Positions 10,014 through 18,755 of a stretch of DNA of 23,829 nt are shown one piece after another. The translations under genes were made by a program, and so were the position numbers. Numbering within the stretch: the first letter of the stretch is position 1; every line of letters starts with the position of its first letter. Origin of the DNA: Amoeboradix gromovi X-113 (taxonomy: Eukaryota > Fungi > Sanchytriomycota); NCBI GenBank assembly GCA_018985225.1, contig JADGIF010000065.1:1-23829 (forward strand), written 5' to 3'. A model generated the notes under the pieces. The model did no database searches and was not told the origin of the DNA. It was given only the letters and a program-made list of their open reading frames with translations.

Positions 10014-11078
10014 ATGGAACAAGAAGAAAAATCACTCAAAACTACTCAGTCCAATGATGAGGCAAGTCAAGGGTCCAAATCCGTCATGGTTGATGCCAAA
10101 ATTAGCACAGATACAGCTTATGCTCACTTTGCTGAGTTTGCACCACTGCTGTCTTTGGAAAATGTACATTTTCCGTCTCACTGGCAACCAGAAGCAATTA
10201 TGTTTGCTGGTGCCTTTGCGACTGGTGTCCAATTCTACGATACAAAATACGATGAATACTTTGAATTTACCACAAGAGCTCACAGGAAGCGCTTAAAAAC
10301 ATTCAGGATCAATTTTTCGTTAAAGGAAAAATTCAGAGCTTCTTCTCCTTTAATTGATTTGATACGTCATTCTTCTTTTTATTTGGCTTTTTTTTTCTTT
10401 TTGGGTAGCTTTTTTTTCTTTGCAGCAGAATTGCTAAATTATTTGGACACTTCACATTATCTTGTTTTAATTCTCCAAACAATTAAAGGAGCTTTTTTCC
10501 TTTTAGGTGCAATCGCTGGGTTTATAGAAGTTATTGATCCTCCAACTCTTGTTCAGCTCGAGAAGGAATTTCTCTCTGGTGTTAAATACTATCGCAAACT
10601 ACACCTTCCCCTGAAAGCCAAAGCCGAGCATATAATGAAGAACACCAGGAGTTTTGCCAATTTCAGCTTGCATCAGCTTGCGTTTTGGTCCTCTTCTTAC
10701 CTGCTAAGTGCGGTGTGTTTATTAACAACTGTTGATATTGCAAATTTTGTAATATATCGCAAAGATCTTTCCAATGATCTTAGTTTAAAATTCAACTTGG
10801 AGGTGGTGTTCTTTGTGGGCTCTATTTTGTTGCTCATTGCAAACTTTATCAAGTTTATTGAAATAAGTCATTTCATGAAGAAGCCGCTACAGTACAAATC
10901 ATTTGGCTACTGGGCTGTTGTATCTTTTCTTATTTTAAGTGTCGGGATATTAATCGGTGCGTCAAACGTCTTATTTAGTTTTACGAGTAACAAAGTACAA
11001 GAAGGTTGTTTTATAGCAAGCGCTGTTTTTACTACTATCGGATCTAGTCTTTTGTATCTAGAGCTGAAGTTTACATAA
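10014..11078 (+). CDS. Multi-pass membrane protein with YrhK-like repeats
   Basis: 354-aa ORF with about 6 hydrophobic segments and repeated F.(L/V/I)GS motifs (FFLGSFFF, FFVGSILL, TTIGSSLL). The family call is tentative. Confidence 0.7.
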   Translation: MEQEEKSLKTTQSNDEASQGSKSVMVDAKISTDTAYAHFAEFAPLLSLENVHFPSHWQPEAIMFAGAFATGVQFYDTKYDEYFEFTTRAHRKRLKTFRINFSLKEKFRASSPLIDLIRHSSFYLAFFFFLGSFFFFAAELLNYLDTSHYLVLILQTIKGAFFLLGAIAGFIEVIDPPTLVQLEKEFLSGVKYYRKLHLPLKAKAEHIMKNTRSFANFSLHQLAFWSSSYLLSAVCLLTTVDIANFVIYRKDLSNDLSLKFNLEVVFFVGSILLLIANFIKFIEISHFMKKPLQYKSFGYWAVVSFLILSVGILIGASNVLFSFTSNKVQEGCFIASAVFTTIGSSLLYLELKFT

Positions 11079-11183
11079 ACAGAGGATGGAAAAATTAATT
11101 ATTGTGAACTTGAGCTTTTTAAATGCAATTAATTAACTCAATAAATCACTTTTTGCACAAAAACGGTAATCTTTATCAAGGAA

Positions 11184-11355
11184 ACATGTTTAGGAGCCCG
11201 CTAGCTGAAAGGACTGATAGCTAATCGACTACCGTTTCTCCTATGAGACTAAATTCGAGCTTAAGCAACAAATAAAAAGCCTGAGCGGCAAGAAAGTGAC
11301 ACGAAAGTAAATATGAAGTCTGAGCCCTTGCCGCAAGTGATGTTAAGTTTCTGAG
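11184..11355. ncRNA. Candidate structured RNA (two hairpins; snoRNA-like boxes), unassigned
   Basis: Stems TAGGAG/CTCCTA (11191-11196/11238-11243) with inner TAGCT/AGCTA, and GCGGCAAG/CTTGCCGC (11285-11292/11327-11334), in a locally GC-richer spacer. Confidence 0.3.
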
Positions 11356-11385
11356 TACGTCCCCGAATGATTATGGTTAATTTTT

Positions 11386-12300
11386 ATGACTAAATTTGAA
11401 ATTCGTGTCCCCTGTTCAAGCGCAAATCTAGGTCCTGGATTTGATGCATTAGGTCTTGCGCTCTCGTTATACCTATACGTTGAGGTTCAAGCACTTGACT
11501 CAGACGAGTTTGAAATTGTGATATTGGAGGCTACTCAGGGTCTGTCCTTGGAACCTGAAGTCAATTTGTTGACACAAATGATAACCCAAACATTAACTAG
11601 ATACGGGAAGAGCCCTAAAAAGAAGATCAAGTTGAAAATCAAATCTGAAATACCATTCGGAAGCGGGCTTGGCTCAAGTTCAACAGCTATTATTGCAGCT
11701 GTAATGATTGCTAACCAAGTTGGAGACTTGCATTTGAACAGGGATGCTTTGCTTGACATATGCTGCGAAATCGAAGGGCATCCTGATAATATTTGTCCCG
11801 GATTTCTTGGGAATCTGACTGTCTCTGTTTACTCCAAACCATGCATATACCTTACAATCTCGTTTCCAGAGGAGATAAAAATCATGGCTGCTACTCCATC
11901 CTACCAGTTGCCTACTGAAAAGGCAAGGCAAGTGTTGCCAAATTACTATTCTAGGGAAGATGTCGTGTTCAACATTCAGAGAGCTAGCGCTTTGCCTCAT
12001 ATATTAAGCAATCCTTCATATTGGAATCGTTTAAAAGATGTCTTGCAAGACAAAATTCATCAACCCTTTAGATTATCTTTGCTACCTGGTTTCGAGACTG
12101 TTCTTAGAATCGAAGAAGAAGGATGCCTAGGCGCATTTGTGAGTGGCGCAGGCCCCACTGCTTTAATACTGTATTTGAATAATGAGGAAAAGATTGAACA
12201 GTTTGTGAGAGATGCATTTTCAAAACACGGCTTTACAACGACAGTGAGGCATTTAAAAGTAGATGTGCATGGGGCCTTGCTAACAATGAAAAGTCAGTAA
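11386..12300 (+). CDS. THR1: Homoserine kinase
   Basis: VPCSSANLGPGFDALG, GHMP loop IPFGSGLGSSSTA, EGHPDN, DKIHQPFR, SGAGPT. Confidence 0.97.
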   Translation: MTKFEIRVPCSSANLGPGFDALGLALSLYLYVEVQALDSDEFEIVILEATQGLSLEPEVNLLTQMITQTLTRYGKSPKKKIKLKIKSEIPFGSGLGSSSTAIIAAVMIANQVGDLHLNRDALLDICCEIEGHPDNICPGFLGNLTVSVYSKPCIYLTISFPEEIKIMAATPSYQLPTEKARQVLPNYYSREDVVFNIQRASALPHILSNPSYWNRLKDVLQDKIHQPFRLSLLPGFETVLRIEEEGCLGAFVSGAGPTALILYLNNEEKIEQFVRDAFSKHGFTTTVRHLKVDVHGALLTMKSQ

Positions 12301-12521
12301 ATTGTTTTCTTAATTTTATTACACGGTACCCTGTAAAAAGTAGGCTACTTTTTACAAAATTAACATATGGGACACCTGATGTGATTTCTAGACTAACTCT
12401 GAAAATCTGATTTTGAGAAAAATCCATTTAAAGTTGAAAGTTCAAATGTGAAAATTAGACCAAGTCAATTGACGAATAAAACTCGTTTAATTTACAACTT
12501 CTTTTATTATTTCTAGACTAA

Positions 12522-12586
12522 CATGTGGGACATCAAATATAAAAACTGGACTAACTTTCTGTAACAACTTGGAACATTATTTCAGC
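12522..12586. mobile_element. Nested left end of the 21260-type MITE
   Basis: TGGGACATCAAATATAAAAACTGGACTAACTTTCTG…CATTATTTCA is nearly identical to 21260-21318. Confidence 0.8.
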
Positions 12587-12656
12587 TTTATGGTGAGAGA
12601 TCAGGTTGGCAACAAAGGATCACTGACAAAGTAATTTCGCCTATTGCCTAGGTGAA

Positions 12657-12751
12657 GAAATATGGGACACTACTGTGAAAACTTCAATTGGCTTTATCTC
12701 GTCACCCGCTTTTTACCCCTAGTCTAGTTTTTACAGAGCATGTCCCATATC
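12657..12751. mobile_element. About 95-bp mini TIR element flanked by a 7-bp direct repeat
   Basis: Perfect 10-bp inverted ends ATATGGGACA (12660-12669) / TGTCCCATAT (12741-12750). AGGTGAA occurs at 12650-12656 and 12752-12758. Confidence 0.65.
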
Positions 12752-12994
12752 AGGTGAATTGAATAAATTCTTAGTTACTATTTTATTTTTATCTGATTTA
12801 CAAGAATTGGTCTACTTTTTTCATTTGAAAATACAATTCAAACTTCAACTATGGATATTTCAACCGATAATAGACACACTGATTCAAAATTAAGATTTTT
12901 GAACAGTTCAAGTTCTAACGAACCTGAAAACACTACTTTTAGGATTTAGGACAATTTCGAGCTAGTCTGGAAATCATATAGGGTGTCCCATATG

Positions 12995-13660
12995 GCAGCC
13001 AATTTCAGAAAATGTCCCTTGTCTAAATCCGAGTATTCTTGGATAGATGTGTTAGTCCTATAATATTCCATTAAGCCTTTCTGAATATAAAAATGCACTG
13101 AAAATATCTCATTCAAAATAGCTTGGCTGATTAGCACTTACCATATGTTCTGACATCCCAACTGGCAACCATTTTCATATTCTGTCTTGATGTTTGTAAT
13201 GTTCGCACTAATACTTCAATATCGTCTTTTCTAATCTTTTGCAACTGCTCTTTTTGTCTGGTTCTCGTTTCTTCGTTGTGTTGGGCATGATGAATTAATG
13301 ACGGTGGGTAATCTATTGTGATTTCTAGGTGTTCCTGCTAATTATAAATGAGAAAATTTTGTCAGAATGGTCTAAAATACTTTATCACTTGTTGTTAGGC
13401 AAGACAGGTTACTGTTGCTTTTCTACTCGTTAAATGACAAGAATTTCCAATGACAATTACTCCGCCAAAGTGATTCCTCACGCTTGGACTTGCCTGAGAC
13501 GAGCCAAATTGGCCTTTTGGCATATTTTAGCAGGTCTTGTACTACTTGAGTATCCAGTTTGTTGTTTTACATCTCTTTTTGGAGTGGGAGGAGCGTAGTG
13601 AACTTCAGTGATGTTAAACTAGTCTGCATTGGTTTTATTACTTTGATAGCTGAAATTTGA
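12995..13660 (-). pseudogene. Decayed unidentified coding sequence running into the TIR element
   Basis: Protein-like minus-strand stretches (…DTQVVQDLLKYAKRPIWL…; QEHLEITIDYPPSLIHH…KDDIEVLVRTLQ…) are broken by stops and frameshifts. No family recognised. Confidence 0.3.
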
Positions 13661-13863
13661 TGGTGCAGCGGCCTAACGATCCCTTTCTTTTCATTCAAGG
13701 GTAAATAGATAACTTAAAAAAGGTTCGTTGCGCTTGCTGCTCAAAATTTGTACAGGTTAGGTACTAATCTTTCGGTTTTTTTGTGAAGCCTATGAGCCAA
13801 TCAAACAATAGACTTTATTATCATTTATTACCCACATTCCCCCAACAGCAATTCCTATTACAA

Positions 13864-15297
13864 ATGTTCTACTATTTAATTTGTAGTGCTTTCGAGCAAA
13901 GTAATATTAATCAACGGCATACCCAAATCATAGATGTAAACGATTATATTCTACAAACAGAAAAAGGTTGCATTAACCCAAACATCGCCGACTACTTATC
14001 TACATATACCAATATAACTAACATTTTTACGAACCATATATCGTTTACAAGTTCTCTGGACTCCAGTACCCTTTCTCAATTGTTAAGTAAACTAGACTGC
14101 AATTTGAATTTTAGAAAACAAATAAAATTCATTCCTACAGAGCAGGTTCAACAAACTTTTACAGCTGGCTGGTATCTTGATAGAATAGACCAATACAACC
14201 TACCATTAGATGGAAAATATCACTTTAATTTTACAGGGAAAGGTACAAACATATATATTATTGATAGCGGGGTGATTCTAAATAACAACCCTGAGTTGCA
14301 AAATAGAGTTAGCATGCCATGGAAGGCCAGCCATATTAACGAGACTACTGATGACTGTACTGGGCATGGGTCTCATATCGCATCAATAGCGGCAGGGAAA
14401 AATATAGGAGTTGCTAAATTAGCAAATGTTCTAGTTTTAAGAGTTCTTGATGGCTGCAATTCGGAAGAGGCTACTGCCAGAGAAGAAGACATAGTAGCTG
14501 CTCTGACTTGGCTCAGAGATAATATCAAAAAACCAGCAGTCATAAATATGAGTTTAGGACCGCAAAAAGGAAATGTGTATGAGTCTTCTCCCGCTATTGA
14601 TCACGCTGTGAAGGTGCTAATTTCTATGGACATTCCGATAGTAGTTGCTGCAGGAAACGATAATACCAATGCTTGCAAAGGTAGCCCAAGTAGTGTCAAA
14701 GAGGTGATAACTGTAGGTTCAACAGATTCCAATGATTCAAGAAGTGGATTTTCCAACTATGGAGACTGCGTTTCTATATTCGCACCTGGTAGGGAGATAT
14801 TCGGATACACTATTGATCCTAAAGTTAGCATGTCGTCCCCTGGCTATATATCAAAAGACGGCACCTCCCAATCTGCTCCACTTGTCACTGGAGCTATTGC
14901 TTTACTATTAGAAATGAATGGGGCTATTTCCCTGATGGAGTTGAAAAAGATTCTTTATGCAAACTCTCCATTTGTTCAGAATTCAAAAACTCCTGTCGCT
15001 AACGCTAGACTTCTTAAAATCACCTTTAACTCTGGAGGAACTGGAGAGCGTATTAACATAGATGACAATGTAATTCAATCTTTAGATAGTCGGCCATGGT
15101 TTGATAGATACAAAATTCATATAATAGTAGGACTCTCTGTATTCTCGGCTGTTTTAATTATAGTTTTGATTTGCGTATTCTTTAGTAGGCGCAAAAATAA
15201 TCAGCGAAATAGCTTCATTCAAAAGAAAACTTTCCAGGGCAGTAGACCACCTCCACAAACAATAACAAATCTAAACCAAAGAGATGAGAGCCCTTAA
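13864..15297 (+). CDS. Subtilisin (S8, proteinase K-like) serine protease with C-terminal transmembrane anchor; alternative ATG at 13792
   Basis: Catalytic motifs IIDSG, GHGSHIA and GTSQSAP; also WYLDRIDQ, INMSLG, VAAGND. TM segment IIVGLSVFSAVLIIVLICVFF followed by RRK. Confidence 0.92.
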   Translation: MFYYLICSAFEQSNINQRHTQIIDVNDYILQTEKGCINPNIADYLSTYTNITNIFTNHISFTSSLDSSTLSQLLSKLDCNLNFRKQIKFIPTEQVQQTFTAGWYLDRIDQYNLPLDGKYHFNFTGKGTNIYIIDSGVILNNNPELQNRVSMPWKASHINETTDDCTGHGSHIASIAAGKNIGVAKLANVLVLRVLDGCNSEEATAREEDIVAALTWLRDNIKKPAVINMSLGPQKGNVYESSPAIDHAVKVLISMDIPIVVAAGNDNTNACKGSPSSVKEVITVGSTDSNDSRSGFSNYGDCVSIFAPGREIFGYTIDPKVSMSSPGYISKDGTSQSAPLVTGAIALLLEMNGAISLMELKKILYANSPFVQNSKTPVANARLLKITFNSGGTGERINIDDNVIQSLDSRPWFDRYKIHIIVGLSVFSAVLIIVLICVFFSRRKNNQRNSFIQKKTFQGSRPPPQTITNLNQRDESP

Positions 15298-15315
15298 CTA
15301 GTAAAGCAATTTTAT

Positions 15316-16186
15316 TTACTGCACTTCGCTTTGATCTTCTTGCATTAAGTTTTCTAGCTTTGATAGTTTTTCAGTTCTGTATTGCTCATAGAGTATCTCT
15401 TGAGTAATTTCTTTCAAGTCAGTCAAGTGAGAGCTTAATAGGCAATATTTCAATCTCACAAAGTCACAGTGTTCCAGATTATCAATCTGTACAGTCCCCC
15501 ATGGATATTCTCTTTTATTAGAGAGTGAGCTCGATACAGCAAACGGCAGTAAGTTCTAAATTAAAAAAGGGTACTTTTAATTCCTTGTTTTCGCCAACTG
15601 TGTCTTCGTCGTCCTGATGGTGATCGTAAGGAAAACTAAAGATAGGAATATCATAAAATTCAATATCACTCATACACCTTTTTTTCAATACTAGTAGTTC
15701 TTCTAGGGTCATCGAGTCGGATTTTCCGATAACTGGTATGACGTTTATTCGATGGCTTAGTAATTTCATAAATTGAATATCCATCTCATGCAACCCATGC
15801 CCACCACTAATAAAATACAAACAAACATGTACCCTATTATCAACAAACTTCGGGTTTCTTTTAATTCTAGATTCCTCAGCTAAGAAATCGTCATATTGCT
15901 TTTCAACGTATTGCATTATTTGGTCAAATTGAGCTGTATTATCAATTGCATCTCCAAATCCGGGTGTATCCACTACGCTCAGACTAATCTTTAATCCATC
16001 TTCCTCCAGCTCGGCATGATATGGAGCAATCTCAAGAGTCGGGCTTAGATATGCCTGACGTTCAATTACTTTACTTCCCAAACAGTTTATGAATGTGGAT
16101 TTTCCTAATCCACTTCTTCCTACCACTATCATATTGAATTGAAACACCTTCCTAGCATTTCTACGCATTCTAAGGTCCGTGGCCAT
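15316..16186 (-). CDS. CDC11: Septin, Cdc11/AspA-like; exons 16186-15575 and 15555-15316, 283 aa
   Basis: GRSGLGKST, DTPGFGD, EESRIKRNPKFVDNRVH, GKSD. After the 19-nt intron it continues NLLPFAV…REYPWG…HCDFVRLK…SHLTDLKEITQEILYEQYRTEKL (septin unique element). Subgroup assignment is less certain than the family. Confidence 0.9.
15556..15574 (-). other. 19-nt spliceosomal intron (phase 0) GTACCCTTTTTTAATTTAG
   Basis: Removal converts ELK-VPFFNL…stop into ELK-NLLPFAV…RxYPWG, restoring conserved septin motifs with no missing residues. Confidence 0.93.
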
Positions 16187-16267
16187 GATTCTTCGTGTAT
16201 CAAAAAATATCGATAAAGTCTTAAATTGACCTGCAAAGTAAGATGATTATATATAACAAATTTATTA

Positions 16268-17568
16268 CTACCATGAGATGTCGTCCGTCTTTTTGCTGGT
16301 ACCAACACTTACAGGCTCCTATATTACCTAACAAATACTTCTTTTTTTATTACGTCGTCATGAATAATTAGCGGTTCCTTCAGCTCATGCTGAGTTACAG
16401 GGCTTTGAATTTCTATGTTGTTTTGCTGCTGTATTGGTAAGGGATGACCAATGTCATCAATTTGCTCATCTACGGCGGAAATAACTACATGCTTACCTTT
16501 CTGTTCTTGATGCTCCCCTAGCTGTTGGTCATTAGTAGAAAAACTGACATTCCTGCTTGAATTGCTCTTTAATGGGTTATGTGGCATTTCCTTTCTATTC
16601 TGATTTAAAAGCTTCAATTCTTGAGTGGAAATATCCACACTTACTCCCTCTCTGCTCTCAGGCTCTACAGATTCTTTCTTGAGTAATTTCAATTCTGCCG
16701 AACTCAAATCATAAGCCAAGTTTTTACTGCTTTTGCCCTCCAAACTCTTTTTTCTCAAAAGCTTCAACTCGTTCTGGCTTAAATCGCTCTTTGCTGAATT
16801 AGTGCGCCCGTCTGATGGTAAATGGTTCAATTCGTATTGCTGAAGAGGTGCATTGACCTGGTTGACTTCCAAATATCTTAAATCTGCAATTTCGCGCTGT
16901 AGCTCTTTGGTCGCCAATACCTGCTGATCAAGTTGTTGTTTTAATAACTCATTCATTTGCAAAGTATGTTGTAGCTTGCTGTTTTGCTGTTGGAATGTTT
17001 GTGGTGGATAACTAGCAAGTTGCTGGCTATTAGATAGCAGCTGTTTGATGTGTTCCAGCTCGTACAAATATGGATCTTTTTTCATCTGAAGTTCCAGCAC
17101 ACTTGATTTTACTTCTAGCAACTCTTGATGAATATTTTCCAGCAGATACTGATTTTGAGGTTGCTGCTTATAGAGTTGTTTGTAATTGTCATGCTCTCTT
17201 TGCAGTTTATATTGTAGTTGTTTGTAGTATTCCTGATTCTTTAGCAACTCCAAAGAATGTTTATTCTCTACGTCCTTTAACAAAGATTGATAGTACTGCT
17301 CTAGATGCTGGATATCGTAATTGACGGTATAACTCGTTTTGTATTCCTTGTATATATCTGACAAATCTTGAGATGTAGGAATTAATTCACATTCAGATTG
17401 AAGTGTGTTTAGGGTAGCTACCAAGCCTAATTTCTGCAGATAATTTGCTATGATGCTGGTCAATATTATATCCTCCTTATTTAAGACGGTCTTTTCGATC
17501 CCTTTGTATAGTTGGGATTTTACCTGAGAGCGAATCTGATTGATTTGATGATTTGAATATTGATCCAT
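16268..17568 (-). CDS. LisH + coiled-coil protein, OFD1-like centriole/basal-body protein; exons 17568-16339 and 16318-16268, 426 aa
   Basis: N-terminal QIRSQVKSQL, LisH-like SIIANYLQKLGLVATLNTLQSEC, and a Q/E/L-rich coiled coil. The spliced C-terminus …TDDISW* resembles the acidic-Trp tail of OFD1. Confidence 0.65.
16319..16338 (-). other. 20-nt spliceosomal intron (phase 0) GTATTTGTTAGGTAATATAG
   Basis: Same GTA…TAAT.TAG layout as the other three, and it contains the in-frame TAA. Splicing adds EPVSVGTSKKTDDISW* whose stop is followed by AATAAA (16261-16266). Confidence 0.75.
16561..16785 (-). repeat. Three 75-nt (25-aa) coding repeats D(L/I)SxxELKLL
   Basis: Asp codons start at 16785, 16710 and 16635, an exact 75-nt period: DLSQNELKLL, DLSSAELKLL, DISTQELKLL. 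Confidence 0.8.
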
Positions 17569-17799
17569 TGTTGAAACTTGGGAGCCAAATTGAATTTTAA
17601 AGATCACGATTTTACTTAAGAATTTGCAAAGATATACCTTGCCATCAACAAGTATAGACTTCAGTTTTCAGTTGACATAAAAAAGCGATTTTTCTTCTTT
17701 TCTTAGACGCCAAACGCCTACATTAAATGTGAATAAATTCAGCCTCTCTCAAATGTAGACAACTTTGGTAAGCAAAGTTTTAACACGTTCTTACCTAAA

Positions 17800-18725
17800 T
17801 AGCTAAAATGGGACACGGATTAATACCTCAATGATCTTGGTGATCACATGACAAACATCTAAACTGAAGAACATTATACGGCTATTGATGTGATCGCATT
17901 CAAAACAAGTCACTGTTAATTGCGCTCCACTGATAATGAATAAACTTTGTTCATATAACTTGCATTGCGTATCAATCTTTGTTTGAAGCTGTAATGGCCA
18001 AGTAATTGAGTTCTCTTTTCTCATAACGATTTAATTTCTTAATCATATCTTGCGCAGCAAACTCTGCCAAAAAATCACTGGAAACTTAGGAAGTGATTTG
18101 ATAACGTTATAGTGTGAAGTTCTAGACAGATCTTCGACAAGTTAATACATGCACGCTTTCTCACTTTCTTTTGACAATGAAATACTTTCCACGAGATAGC
18201 AATATCTTTGTTAACCAGATAAGTCTAAAATGTTGTTTTTCGGCGTCTTTCTGCATTCATAACCGTGAAGCGAAACTGAACCATTGATGCCACAAGCTAT
18301 TTGAAAGGCACAAGCTCCAGGTTCCAGCGTTACATTATTGGTAGGAGTGTCTGCTTGGTTTTTGCAGATAGCTCCCTACTAGCTGTAGAGTAATACTAGT
18401 TGATTCAGGATTAGAACAATCTTTGTAGCTGAATTATGATACTTCAGATGTTCTTTTGATTTCAGTTCACCTCTCCCCAATAACTTGGAAATGGTCTAGA
18501 ATGATGGCCTTCACCCTTCCTATAATCCCTACTCAGTAACTTCACAGTGTGGTGGAAGCGTGAGCAAACTTTATGACAGATCATTGGCTTATCCGCTTCT
18601 CTGCGATAATTCTCGATTTTCCCAGAAATCAGGACTTTTAATGTGAAGTGCACTTGATTGCTCTTCAATCTTTCCAAATGAGTAAAAATGCGGTACGAAT
18701 GGCAAGAAACCAAGATTCTTTTCAA
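17800..18725 (-). pseudogene. Decayed unidentified coding sequence(s)
   Basis: Protein-like minus-strand segments (e.g. SDFLAEFAAQDMIKKLNRYEKRELNYLAIT) are interrupted by stops and frameshifts. No family recognised. Confidence 0.25.
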
Positions 18726-18755
18726 TTATTGTAATTATTCTATTACGGGTTTGCT

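Larger units (their letters stand above)
12364..12994. mobile_element. 631-bp non-autonomous TIR/foldback element containing nested relatives
   Basis: Ends match at 31/36 nt as inverted repeats (CATATGGGACACC…GATTTC.AGACTA.CTC). Further degenerate inverted similarity lies between about 12417-12463 and 12807-12861. Confidence 0.82.

Noticed and set aside
11246-11263. ACTAAATTCGAGCTTA as RNase P/MRP CR-V, or nearby GACACGAAAG as a U1 loop
   Set aside because: No matching CR-I/P4 partner upstream and no ACTTACC 5' end. Kept only as an unassigned structured candidate.
13122-13141. Minus-strand GTAAGTGCTAATCAG(CCAAG) as a 15- or 20-nt intron
   Set aside because: The 15-nt form leads to a stop within four codons. 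The 20-nt form ends in AAG and lacks the -6 A. The surrounding sequence is decayed, so there is no homology test.
17988-18100. GCTGTAATGGC resembling the 5' end of fungal SRP RNA
   Set aside because: No helix-8 GNRA/AGCAG signature downstream, and the match is short enough to be chance.
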